Positions 47,881-60,562 of a DNA stretch of 64,000 nucleotides are shown here, piece by piece; position 1 is the first letter of the stretch, and each line of letters starts with the position of its first letter. The translations under genes were made by a program, and so were the position numbers. The stretch is from the human T2T-CHM13v2.0 reference genome, Homo sapiens: assembly GCF_009914755.1 (NCBI RefSeq), contig NC_060928.1; one strand, 5' to 3'. Under the pieces are notes generated by a model. The model was not told the origin of the DNA, made no database searches, and saw only the letters and a list, made by a program, of their open reading frames with translations.

Positions 47881-49507
47881 GACAATATTCTACATTCTAC
47901 TCTTGTATTAAAATGTACAAGCATTTTATTTGCAAATTTTTCACAGTTAATACTCCTTGCCTCCATTCAGAGTAGCTTTTGTTGACAAATATATTTAACA
48001 AGACAAATTCATCAAATAAATTATATTTCATCCAAGTTAGATTTGCAAAATCAGAGGCTTTTACAATTTTCACACAGACACAATATAAATTCATCTAATT
48101 AAAAATATGAGTTCTATAAAAGACACTTTCCATAGGTCCAGATATTCCAAAGTGCAATTATAGAATTCCAGAAATAAATCTTACACATGATTTCAGGTAT
48201 CATCAGTTAATTTGCACTTCCTGCCTTCATATTTTGTGCAAAAATTTCAATGCCTTTCTGTTTATAAGCTTTGTTTTTAACAACTGCACATTGCTTGATT
48301 CATTCAATACTATAAAAAAAGATCCCCAAATGATTTTGACCAAAATGCAAACCAAATTTAAAAGATACCTTAAAATGTCCAATATCATTTTAGGATATAG
48401 GTTTTGCTGAGTTCTTCTATATTCTGTTTATAAGCCTTTCTAAAAGTCAAATATTTGTAAAATCATATCGATGGCAGTCACCACAGAAAGCGCATGCTTT
48501 CGTGCAGACATACTATTTTGTATTCAACATCAGCTTTGTTTTAAAAACGTGTAGTTCACCGGCTCTGTATGTGTGTTTATGTGTGTGTGGTATCATGACC
48601 TTGTCAATCTTGACAACTATAGCTTCTATGTTGATTGGTTGTATATCACAGTTCCTTTGGAGACAATTATGAATTCTATGTATACCTCAACCAATTCAAA
48701 GTACATTTCTGCTCTATAGGAGTCTTAATTTATTAAAGACATTGATTTCTAGCATGATAATTTCTTCAAATAAAAATAATGGATCCTTATTGTCACTGTT
48801 AAAGCAAATAATTTTAAGAGAATTTGCAATAACAACATATGTTTCATCTTCAACACAATGGAATTCAAATATATATTCCTTGAGTTGAAAAATCAAATCA
48901 TTTTTAAAAGTGTTAGCTGATGTTAATTAGATGCACCTAATGACATATGTAAACTTGGCAGCATTTAATTGTTTGTAAAATTAGTTATGAAACCACTAAA
49001 TTCTTCTAATAATGTAACAAAGACATTAATATGTATACTCACTCACTTTGTTATATATGTACAAGATATTTGGAATTCTAAATTACCAAATTGTGTTTAG
49101 AAAAACAGTCTTCTGATTAAAATGGAAAGTCATGGTTCTTAAAAATGATGTTAACAAGATATTATGAGGTTACATCTTTTTTGAGCACAGTCTTCTGTAA
49201 CTTGTGAACATGGCACTGATGCTTCCTCACAGATTTGTTTCTTTTGAATTTCATGTGATTGGCAACATCACTATGATCAAATGGTGGGTGGTAAATGTCA
49301 AAAAATATTTTTGCAAGTTGTGTATTTACCTTGAAAAACAGAAATTCACTATCTTAATTTATGATTAAAAATGCATTTTCATTTGTATTTAGTTCGGTAT
49401 TGCTGAAAGGGTTATTGCATTAAAAAATTTTTAAGTGTTATCAAAAAGTAAATAATAGCCACTTGATTTGCACCACACAAAATCACTCTAGCAAGAGCGT
49501 TTAGATT

Positions 49508-49721
49508 GGCTGGGTGCGGTGGCTCATGCCTGTAATCCCAGAATTTTGTGAGGCCAAGGTAGGTGGATCACTTGAGGTCAGGAATTCAAGGCCAACCCGG
49601 CCAACATGGTGAAACCCTGTCTGTACTAAAAAAATAGAAAAAATTTGTCGGGCCTGGTAGTACGTGCCTGTAATCCCAGTTACTTGAGAGGCTATGGCGG
49701 GACAATCGCTTGAACCCAGGA
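49508..49721 (+). mobile_element. AluSx/Sz-like, 3'-truncated with no tail
   Basis: Left arm complete. The right arm stops at cgcttgaacccagga. Confidence 0.9.
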
Positions 49722-52410
49722 TGGCAAGACAACTTGGTCCCTATTGGTCCCTATCATATGCACATATTTCAGGAGTACTAGACATCATTATTTCCCATGT
49801 TTAATGTTGGCACTATTAATTGGCAGTCTTCCTGAATGTCTCAAGCCAAGCATGAGCCATGACACAGCTAGCTGGTATAGTGGCAAACAGGAACGTGAGC
49901 ATTGAACATTTTACCTACTACTACCCCGACTTGGGAGTTAGCTGACTCTAGCTGCCTTCTTGTGTCTGAATTCATTTGATGTCATCCAGAATTGTCTGGC
50001 ATGCTGCCCTGAGTAGGAAGTATTTGTCATATTACATCTGGGAAAGCATTAGGAATAGACAGGGAGGCTATCTCAGTTTTGTTATGTTTCTCACATTTAA
50101 CTATATTTAACGTGAGTTTCCTGTTCACAACACATGCTTTTCCACACAGTACTAGAAAACACCACAGAAAAAGCGAGAAGTACAAAATGAAAACTAACCA
50201 AATGTATCCTGGTTTTTTGTAATACAAATAATAATACTACCTTAAAATAGGAAATATTTGGGACAAATGCCAGGATAACAGGCCCAAAACAAGAATTATG
50301 GTCCCTTCACTTTACTTTACTGTGGCAGTAACTGTTTGAGATTACCCTTCATTTTTTTCAGTCTTTTATTCTTCAGCTTGTAACAGGCCCAACTCATCTC
50401 TTTTATTATAAATGTAAGCATGGGGCCCAAACCTGGCCAATCACAATCACCAGGGTTGGTAATGTTATTCTTGCTGGGTCAATCAGAATCTTCCATGAGA
50501 CTTTGTGTTACACTTACTGGGAAAGACTCTCCAGTCCCATGCGGCTGAGAGGAGGGGAGAGACAGCCGGAGAGAGCTAACATTATTTGAATCCTGAATCC
50601 AATCATGACTGGCCCTAGTTTCAGGGATGAAAAATGATGTGTCCTTTCATGTTACAACTAGTTTGTATTTGGTCTTTTTTTATTTCGAAATGACACCTAA
50701 ATACAAATAGAGAGTTGTAATTCCCCCTTTTGCAAGTAAAGTTACTAAAAAAATGGGAACAAAAATAGACTCCAGCATACATTTCCTTGTAAACTGAACT
50801 TATATAAATGGAACACTTTTTTCTAGTTTATGTGTTTTATAAAATCAAATGCATCCAACTAAAATAAATAGATTATTTCTTAGAATAAAATAATAAACTC
50901 AGCAAAACTTTAAAGTTACTTTAAAATAATAACTTTCTGGGAAACATTAAATTTTTGAAATATTAATAATTCTTGAATGTTCTTCAATAATGTTTCCAAA
51001 ATGAATATGCCTCAAGTATACTATATATCACATTATAGCTCTCTCTGTCTAGTACACTGCTGTCATTACAGAGATAGTAATGTCTAAATCTTTAACTAAC
51101 AAAATAATTTGGTTATGACTAGGAATATTATTTTGAAAGTTCCATCATATGTTAGGTCTTTAGATTCCACTACTTGATCTTTTTTTATCTCTTGAATTCA
51201 GTGCTATAGCAGGGATGCGAGTAGTTACAAATTATGACTGGATAAGTGAAACTGTCACCATACTTGTTCAATTGCTCCTATGATTGTATCTAGATGATAT
51301 TAGAATATAATCAACATCAAGGGAATTTTTGAAATAAACAACAAATCATTATGATTATCTGGAAGAGACTGTTCACACATGAATGGAGTCTGTTCCTTTA
51401 CCACGGCAATGGTGGGAATGTTTACGGGTTGGTTCATCATATGGCTAAAACTTTGGCAGCTTTATGCAACAAATTGTAAAGCCAGGCACTTCTCTCCTTT
51501 CCATCCTCCCACCTAGTTTACTACATTCATTGAGTCACCAGCAGCAGCAATGAGAAAGCTTCCAGAAAACTGAAACTTGCTGCAGGACAGTATCCCCAGT
51601 TTACCATACTTAGATCCTGGGTTGGCAGATTGTTTCATCTCACATTTCAACTGTGCTCACTCGGTGGTGCCATCAGAAGAAGATAGTCAAGCCATATCTG
51701 ATCTCAAAAGAAAGTGTGTCATAATTGAGTAGAAATTCTACTCTGGATAAATGAGGAAGGAAACAGTAAAAAAAAAACAAAAAACTGTCATATACTCTAC
51801 CTATACTTTGCCTAGAGGACTCACTCCTGAGATATTTCCACAAGTTTAATTCTTAAATAATGTGTTTCAATATCCTTAGGTAGGAGAACAGTCATAAATC
51901 GAAGGCTTAAAATATCAATTGATTCCTCATTTAATTCTGTCTAATACCTACTGGTAATGTGTACTTTTCAAGTGTTGGGTTACTGCCAGATATTATTCCA
52001 TGATATGAGATGCAGGAATGGACTGCAGATTGGCTGAATTCTGGACCGACTAAGAGATTCTCTAAGAAAATTGAAGTTCATCTCACTTTATCTTTCAGTA
52101 AGGAAAGACAATTGCTGCAAAGGGTTTTGCAGCAATTATTTTCCCCTGGAGGATAAGCACATATGAGACCATTGTGGTAATGTAAGCATGAGTTACAAAA
52201 TGTTAGGAAGATGTTTCTAAAAAACACTGAAAGAATGAACATCAAAGAAGCTTTCCACACTCTCACCTTTAGGCAAGATAGATTATTCACAGCTGCTTGT
52301 ATCTGTGGTGGAACTTTAGAAAGTTTTCCTTTCTGAGGGTGCTCTGTGTTACCACTTGGTCTACTAACCATAACTTTCTATAACCTTTGCTATTTTAAAA
52401 AATCTCACTC

Positions 52411-52732
<322 letters not shown>

Positions 52733-53007
52733 TCACTCACTTTTTTTGCCTCTACACATCAACGCAATCACCACCTTATTGTGACAAATGGAAGTGGAAC
52801 AAAAAGCCATTTTTTCTCACCATCCTTCCAAAAATATTTAATTCGTTGTCTAGAAAGCAAATACAATAAAAATATAAAAGTTAAATAAGAAAACCAAAAT
52901 AAAACATATTTCAAAATGTATTAATATATAATTAAGAAAATGGTACAAAATTTACAGTATTCTTCTTAGAAACAGGCATCAAATTTGGCTTCAAGTTTTC
53001 TAAGTTG

Positions 53008-53458
53008 TGTCAAAGCAAAAATTGTACCAGACAAAGTTAAGCAGGATGGGAAGAATTTATTCAAGTTGTTGCAATAGTGGAGAGAGACTGAACTCAACTC
53101 CTCCATAGAAACAGAGGTTGAAAGAGTTTTGAGCACTGACATGAGCTAGTAGAAAATTACCAGAGAACTTTATGAGAGAAGTTGGTCAATGGGATATGTG
53201 GAACACATTGAGTTATTCCTGAATTTGCAAGTATGTTTCTCTGTGATTAGGCCATCTGCATTTGCCAAATGGTGTTTATAGAAGTTAGGCATTTAAACTC
53301 TCAAAGAATTGAGAGATAGACCATCTCCTTTAATATTCATATTTCAAACAGATGGTTCCAGGTCCTGCAAAAAGACATTCTCTGGGTTATAAACTGGCAA
53401 TGCTTGGGAGAAGACTTATGCACATTTCAAAAGGACAGAGAAAGAATTTATAATTGCA
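53008..53458 (-). mobile_element. MER34-like ERV1 LTR fragment
   Basis: tgtcaaag...ttgcaatagtggagagagactgaactcaactc...catttcaaaaggacagagaaagaatttataattg. Resembles the reverse complement of 16860-17225. Confidence 0.6.
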
Positions 53459-53848
53459 GCAAAGGAATGACCTAAAGGTGAAATTTATAATTAATAGAGA
53501 AGCAGAGCATGAACATTTGGTATATTTGCAGCCCGGCTGTGTGTTAGAGAAGGAAAGAGCATTCTCAGGAGAGGAATTCAAGGACGCTGCAGAGCAACCA
53601 CTTGCTAGAAACATTAGCACAGATAAAAGGGAGCCAGATGCTAATTGTCAAGACAATTGGGAAAAAGCGCCCCCAAGGGTGGTTCAGAAATCTTTGAGGC
53701 TGTCCCTGCCATCACAGGCCCAGAGGCCTAGGAGGATAGAAATTTTTTGGGAGAATGGACCCAGACAGCTCTATCCATGGCTTGAAAGATACTAGGCACT
53801 GCTTCTGCTCCAGAGAATGAAAGCTCTAAGCCTGGATGGCTTTCACAT

Positions 53849-54378
53849 TGTGTCTGGAGGTGGTTCCTCATGGTCTCACTGACTTCAAGAATGAAGCTGT
53901 GGGTCTTCACCGTGAGTGTTATAGCTCTTAAAGATGACATGGACCCAAAGAGTGAGTGGTAGCAAGGTTTATTGTGAAGAGCAAAAGAACAAAGCTTCCA
54001 CAGCATGGAAGGGGACCCAAGCAGGTTGCCACTGCTATCTAGGGGTTGCCAGTTTTTATTCCCTTATTGGCCCTCCCATGTTCCATTTCTGTCCTATCAG
54101 AGTGCCCTTTTTTCAATCCTCCCTGCGAATGGCTACTTTTAGGATCCTGATGATTGGTGCATTTTACAGAGTGCTGATTGGTGCGGTTTATAGAGCACTG
54201 ATTGGTGCTTTTTACGAGCAATGATTGGTGCATTTTACAATCCTCTTGCTAGCTACAGAGTGCTGATTGGTGCGTTTTTACAGAGCAGTGATTGGTGCAT
54301 TTTACAATCCTCTTGTAAGACAGAAAAGTTCTCCAAGTCCCCACTGAACCCAGGAAGTCCAGCTGGCTTCGCCTGTCA
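53849..54378 (-). promoter_or_regulatory. 3' LTR (LTR12 family, 530 bp) with six TGATTGGTGC CCAAT-box repeats
   Basis: LTR12 ends tgtgtctgg...ctggcttcgcctgtca. The adjacent PPT is ggggggat on the minus strand. Confidence 0.93.
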
Positions 54379-54434
54379 ATCCCCCCATTATACAGGACAC
54401 CCCAAATGCTGTTGGGAACTGGGCAATGACTGTT

Positions 54435-54826
54435 CTAACTACTTCCTGCTGGATAGGGGCAAAGAAGGGGCCCTGCAGTTGTAGCATCCTCCAGAGGGGA
54501 ACTCTCTAGGCCAGTCAAAGGGCCAGTGAGTCGGTCCAGAGGTCCTCAGTAGAAGTTGTGAGTTGCGCTCATTTGGGGTTCCATTTGTACGACCATCTGT
54601 AGCTTGATGGCCTCAATCCTGGAGGAAACAAATTTGACAGGGAGGTTAAAAATACAGGTCCCAAAGGCGAGTAATAGCAAGATGACTGTTACAGGACCTA
54701 GAAAGGGGAGAAGCCATGTCACCCAACTCTAGAGGTTGGTATAAGAGTTTGAAAGGCATTGTCTGATTTCAGAAGCCTTTTCCTGTAAATGCCGGGTGGC
54801 ATCTCATACTATCCCTGACTGGTTAG
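54435..54826 (-). pseudogene. env: HERV9 env remnant (TM C-terminal part only, with stops)
   Basis: Translates to NQSGIV*DATRHLQEKASEIRQ...WLLPFLGPV...VSSRIEAIKLQM. Confidence 0.88.
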
Positions 54827-56560
54827 GAACTCACTTTCTTTTTATATTGCAGCATGGGCATGTAGAATTAGATAAGCATATTTGCTATGTGTATATACAC
54901 ACTTATTCTTTTGCCTTTCCCAGTTCTAAGGCACAGGTAAGTGCCACTAGTTCTGCTAACTGGGCGCTGGTCCCTGGGGGAAGAGGCTTACTTTCAAGTG
55001 CTCTTACATCATTAACTATGGCATAACCTGCCCTTTGTATCCCATTTTCTACAAATGAACTTCCATTGGTATATAAGTTAAGGTCAGCATTAGCTAAGGG
55101 GCCTTCTAAGAGATCCTCTCGGGTGAGATGAGTCTGAGCTACAATTTGATGGCAGTTATGCTCTATTGGTTCCCCATCCTCTGGGAGAAAAATATCAGGG
55201 TTTATGGCTGCACACATGCATATTTGAAGCACTGGTCCCTCAAGGAGTAGTGCCTGGTATCTAAGCAGACTGTTGTCTGATAACCATAAACTTCCTTTGG
55301 CACATAGTATGCCATTTACATCATGAGTAGTCCAGACAGTGAGATCCTTTCCTTGTATTATTTTGATAGCCTCTGATACTAAGATGGCCACTGCCTCAAA
55401 TACCCATAAACAGTGAGGCCAGCCTTTCACTACTACATCAGTTTCCTTACTAAGGTATGCCACTGGGTGTGGGGTTGTCCCATGAGTCTGAGTAAGCACT
55501 CCAAGAGCTATTCCCGCTGTCTGTGGTGTATAAAGAGAAGTTTTGTCCTGTGGGAAGGCTTAAGGCTGGAGCTTGTACTAGGGCCTGCTTTAAGGTTTTG
55601 AAGGCTGTTTCTGCCTCTGGTTCCCATTCTATTAGATGAGTATTTGCCCTCTGGGTCTCCTTGATTAGCATATAGAGTGGCCTGGCCATCTCGCTGTATC
55701 CAGGGGTCCATAGTTGACAAAAGCCAGTGATCCCAAGGAACACCCCCACAACTATTTTAATGTTTTAGGGTGAGGATAGGCCAGTATAGGCTGTATTCAT
55801 TCCTTGCTAAAGGCCCTGGTTCCCCTGGCTAAGATTAGGCCTAGATATTTGACTTTTTGTAGGCAGAGCTGGGCCTTCGATTTAGACATCTTGTACCCTT
55901 GCTTAGCTAGAAAGTTCAAGAGATCTAGAGTAGCCTGCTGGCATGAGGCTTCTGAACTGGTATCCAAAAGTAAATCATCCACATACTGAAGGACCAGAGT
56001 GCCTGGACTTAAGAAGTGGCCTGGATCTTGGGCCGGTATCTGACCAAACAGATGAGGGCTGTCCCTAAACCCTTGGGGCAAGATCATCCATGTAAGTTGG
56101 GACGTGTGTTCCATGGGACCCTAAAAGGCAAAGAGAAACTGGGACTCAGACTGGAGGGGTATGCAGAAGAAGGCATCCTTGAGGTCCAGAACAGTGAACC
56201 ATTCTGCTTCCTCTGGTATTTGAGAGAGCAGGGTATAGGAGTCGGGTACAATGGGATATAGAGGAATTACTGCTTCATTGATGAGTCTGAGATCTTGTAG
56301 TAGTCTCCACTGACCATTCGGTTTTTGGACTGCTAGAATTGGGGTGTTGCAGGGACTGCTGCATTTTCTTACTAAGCCTTGAGGTTTTAAATGTCTAACT
56401 ATATCCTATAATCCTTTATGAGCTTCAGGCCTTAACAGATATTGCCTTTGATAAGGAAAAGTGGTGGGGTCTTTTAGCCTGATTTGGACTGGGTGGACAT
56501 TTTTTGCCCTCCAAATTGTACTTCCAATGCCCAGACTTCAGGGTTGATTCCCTCCTCAAA
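54821..56560 (-). pseudogene. pol: HERV9 pol remnant (RT and RNase H, frameshifted, integrase absent)
   Basis: Motifs LPQGFRDSP, QYVDDLLL, FLGITGFC and SAQLAELVAL. Boundary with pro is approximate. Confidence 0.92.
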
Positions 56561-56908
56561 TAGGGGACAACAAACTTGTTCTCCATATTCATGTAGATAA
56601 TAGCTCCAGCTTTGGCTAATATGTCCCTCCCTAATAAGGGTGTGGGACTTTCAGGCATAACAAGGATGGCATGTGAAAAGAGCAAAGTCTCCCAATTACA
56701 ACTGAGGAGGTAGGAGAATACCTGGTTACAGGCTGTCCCAGGATTTCAATGGTAATGGACCTTGAGGACAACCATATAGGCAGGAGATTAACACTGAGAA
56801 GGCCGCGCCAGTGTCCAGGAGGGAGTCAATTTCCTGGCCCTCAAAGGTTAAACTTACCTGGGGCTCAGTGAGGATGATGACATGAGCTGGCACTTGCCCC
56901 GGGCACCC
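56561..56908 (-). pseudogene. pro: HERV9 protease remnant
   Basis: LDTGAAFSVL near 56790-56818 and PTPLLGRDIL. Confidence 0.88.
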
Positions 56909-58410
56909 TCAGTCCTATTGTTGGATCATCTGGTTGGGGGCTTCTGGGCCAGAGAACCTTTGCCCTCTGGGGCAGTGCACCTTCCAGTGATTGCCTTGGC
57001 ACAGTGGTCATGGGCAAGGGGGTGGCTTGTTTCTCATTGGACAATCTTTTTTAATGTGTCCTTGCAAACCGCACTGATAACAAACCCTACCGGGTGATTG
57101 GCTTGCTCCATTTTCTGTCCTCTCTGAACCAAGGTTTGTCTGTCTGAAGGCCATGACTAAGGCTGCAGCCTTTCTCTGATCTCACTTTTCCTTTCTGGCC
57201 TGTTCCTCTTGGTCCCTATTATAGAACACCGAGGTTGCTGGGTTTAATAATGCCTCCAGATTTTGGTCAGGGCCCGTGGCTCACTTTTGGAGCTTTCTCC
57301 TGATATCTGTGGCTGATTGGGTAATAAACTTATCTTTTACTATCAATTGACCCTCGAAGGAGTTGGGTGACAGGGGAGTATATTTGATTAAGTCCTCCCA
57401 TAGCCACTCAAGGAAGGTGGAAGGATTTTCTTCCTTTCCCTGAATTATGGTGGACATCATTGAATAATTCATGGGCCTTTTCCTAATTCTCTGGTGGACA
57501 TCACTGAATAATTCATGGGCTTTTTCCTAATTCTCCTTAGTCCTTCTAGAACACAGGTCAACAGAAGTGTACGACTCCAGTCCCCATGATTTGAGTCTAG
57601 GTCCCAGTGGGGATCCATACTGGGGATGGCTTGCTGTCTGGTAGGGAATTTGCCCCTTTCTTCGGCTATCATTCTATCATTTACTTGACTAAGATACCAG
57701 GTATCTCCAAACTCTTGGGCTTCAGCTAAAGCTGCATTCTTTTCATTAAAGGCCAGGGTTTGATCTAACAATAGCATGACATCTCTCCAAGTGAGGTCTG
57801 AGGTTTGCCTTTGTCCCTGTAGGACATCTATATACCTATCAGGATTATCTGAAAACTTCCCCAGGTCTACCTTGATCTGCTTTAAATCAGAGAGGGAGAA
57901 GGGGACATGTACCAAGCTTGGGCCAAATTCCCCTCCCCATACAGCTTGAAGGGGACATAACCAATAGTCCAGGGGTTTTTGTGGTCCCTTGGAGATTTCT
58001 TTGCTTGTTTCCTTCTGGGTGGGGGAGATTAGAGGAGGCTTATCATTATTAGGAAGGGGAGCTGTAAGGAGGCTAAGATATGGAGGTAAGCTGAGAGGTC
58101 CTCTTGAGGAATGTAAATTGCAAGCTTTGCATAGTTTTGGATTATCCTTCAATGAAAAGAAAGCTTGGACATAATGTATTTCACTCCATTTACCTTCTCT
58201 CTTACAGAAAAGGTCAAGCTGCACAACAGTATTATAATTTATACATCCCTCAGGTGGCCCTTTTTCCCCATCAGAGAGAGAATATTGGGGCCAGGCCATA
58301 GTGCAGAAAAAAATAAGCTGCTTCTTTTTCAGGGTTTGCAGGTCAAATTGGTCCCAATGGCTTAAGATGCATTTCAAGGGTGAACCCGTTAATGCCTGAG
58401 TGTTTCCCAT
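56909..58410 (-). pseudogene. gag: HERV9 gag, disrupted
   Basis: Myristoylation-type start MGNTQ. Open through MA and most of CA. MHR-like QGKEENP and zinc knuckle remnant CQGNHWKVHC. Broken by a 44-bp duplication and stops. Confidence 0.93.
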
Positions 58411-59478
58411 CTGAAAGAAAAAACCACCCGTGGTTTTGTTTTCTTTATTTATTTTTTTCCCTGCCAAAGACCCCACAACAGTACCTGGACCCTGCTGTTT
58501 GGAATAGTTGCACTCACCAAACCAGCAGTGGAAACACTAGTTTTCCTCCTAGACCACAAAGAGGACCGAGGAAGTCAGATTTAGTGGCCCTTACCGGTGC
58601 ATTCTTGAAAATGTGTTAGAGTCCTAAACATTTTCTCCTGTTGGTATTGGGACCTTATCCTTGTCCTATAAAGATGATATGCCTCAAAATGGAGTGGAGG
58701 GCCATACCCTGAGGGAGGGAAGGGATCTCCAGGGTTGGAATGCCTTTTGTCCTCACTTCTTATCATATGAATAGGAAGGATATCCCCACAAAGGCTCCCC
58801 ATATCTTAGCTTCAGGAATACCCTTTGTTAGCCCTGTTAGTCTGAGGAGGGATCCTAGAATTCCAGATAGTCTCCCCACTCCGAAGGGGCTTCAGGCAAA
58901 AATTATGTCTTTCTGAATGGTGAGCCCAGGTGCCTAAAGATGGGAAACAGAGTCCCAACATTTATACTAGAAATCATTCTTATAGGAGAAACTAGAAGAG
59001 CACCAGAGACAGGGAGTGGGTTTCAGAAGCAGGACTAGCCTCGAGGAAGAGAGGCCGGAGGATGTTTGTCTAACAGGCATTAGGACCCAGGAGGCAAGGG
59101 TCCAGATAGAATAGATGGGCCAGTCTCTCTTGGGTGACATAACTTTGAGAGTTCCGCTCATGGCTGGAGGGTCAACCAACCTTTTGTCAGGACCCTGGAG
59201 CCAAATGGCTTTCCTCTCTGTTGACCCTCGGCTCAGCCCAGAAATGCAGGAAAACCAGAAGCTGGTTCCAGGCAAACCAACATTCCCAACTCTGAAGAAT
59301 CAGGGGTTGTTAGAGAGCCCTTTCCCAGAAAGCCTAACACCCGTGTCTTTAGTCTGGCTGCTGTGCTAGTCACTTTTAACTGGCCGACAGATGTCCAGTG
59401 TTTAGCCCCTGAATTCTAAGGAAAAATAGGACAGAATAGCAAGCGAAAAGCATCCGATGGTACTCACTGCATGGCAAA

Positions 59479-59496
59479 CTCCTGGACAATCCACCA
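59479..59496 (-). other. Degenerate primer-binding site, with a likely major splice donor (gtgagt) at 59462-59467
   Basis: TGGTGGATTGTCCAGGAG begins 3 nt after the 5' LTR end. Confidence 0.7.
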
Positions 59497-59499
59497 AGG

Positions 59500-59928
59500 T
59501 GTGTCCAGAGTTGGTTCCTTCCTGTGGGTTCGTGGTCTCACTGACTTGAAGAATGGAGCCACGGACCTTCGCAGTGACTGTTACAGCTCGTAAAGATAGC
59601 ACGGACCCAAAGAGTGAGTGATAGCAAGGTTTATTGTGAAGAACAAAAGAAAAAAGCTTCCACAGCATCGAAGGGGACATAAGTGGGTCCCCAGCTGCTG
59701 GCTGGGGGTTGCCAGCTTTTATTCCCTTATTGGCCCCTCCCATATTTCATTTCTGTCCTATCAGAGTGCCCCTTTTTCAATCATCCCTGTGATTGGCTAC
59801 TTTTAGGATCCTGCTGATTAGTGTGTTTCACAGAGCTCTGATTGGTGCATTTTACAGTCTTCTTGTAAGACAGAAAAGTTCTCCAAGTCCCCACTTGACC
59901 CAGGAAGTCCAGCTGGCTTCACCTCTCA
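59500..59928 (-). promoter_or_regulatory. 5' LTR (LTR12 family, 429 bp)
   Basis: Runs tgtgtccagag...ctggcttcacctctca and is homologous to the 3' LTR. It has only two repeat units. Confidence 0.93.
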
Positions 59929-60232
59929 AAATGATGTTAGATCTGCAGGAGCCCAGAATGCAAGAGTGGTGGGGGCTTGGCAGCTTTCACCTAGATTTCA
60001 GAGGATGAATCAGAAAGCCTGGATGCCCAGACAGAAGCCTGCTGCAAGGTTAGAGCCCTACGGAGAGCCTTTAGTAAGGCAATGCTGAGCAGAAATGTGG
60101 TGTTGGGGCTCCCACAGAGTCCCCACCAGGATAGTTCCTAGTGAAGCTATGGAAATGGGGCCACTCCCCTCCAGACCCCAGAATGATAGAGCCACCAGGA
60201 GAATACAATCTCAACCTAGAAAAGCCACAGGT

Positions 60233-60562
60233 GGCCAGGAGTAGGGGCTCACACCTGTAATACCAGCACTTTGGGAGGCCGAGGTGGACAGATCAGTTGA
60301 GGTCAGCAATTCGAGACCAGCCTGGCCAACGCGGCGAAACCTTTTCTCTCCAGAAAAAAAAAAAAAAAAAGGAAAAATTAGCTGGGTGGGTGGCAGGTGC
60401 CTGTAATCCCAGCTAGCCAGGAAGCTGAGGTAGAAGAATCAATTGAACACTTGAACCCAGGAAGCAGAGTTTGCAGTGAGCCGAGATAGCACCACTGCAC
60501 TCTAGTCTGGGCAACAGAGAGAAACTCCATCTCAAAAAAAAGAAAAAAGAAAAGAAAAGAAA
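60233..60562 (+). mobile_element. AluSx-like inside MST-int
   Basis: Full Alu with an expanded middle A tract and an 8-bp internal duplication (aattgaac acttgaac). TSD agaaaagccaca. Confidence 0.93.

Larger units (their letters stand above)
53849..59928 (-). mobile_element. HERV9 (ERV9/LTR12) provirus with two LTRs and an integrase-env deletion
   Basis: LTR-PBS-leader-gag-pro-pol(del)-env(del)-PPT-LTR order on the minus strand. TG...CA termini. 4-bp TSD acat/aaat. Confidence 0.95.

Noticed and set aside
53454-53795. 113-aa ORF
   Set aside because: Remnant of the MaLR MST-int reading frame, truncated and interrupted by HERV9.
54150-54310. Regularly spaced ~24-bp repeats resembling a CRISPR-like array
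   Set aside because: These are known LTR12 U3 tandem repeats with no unique spacers, in a eukaryotic context.
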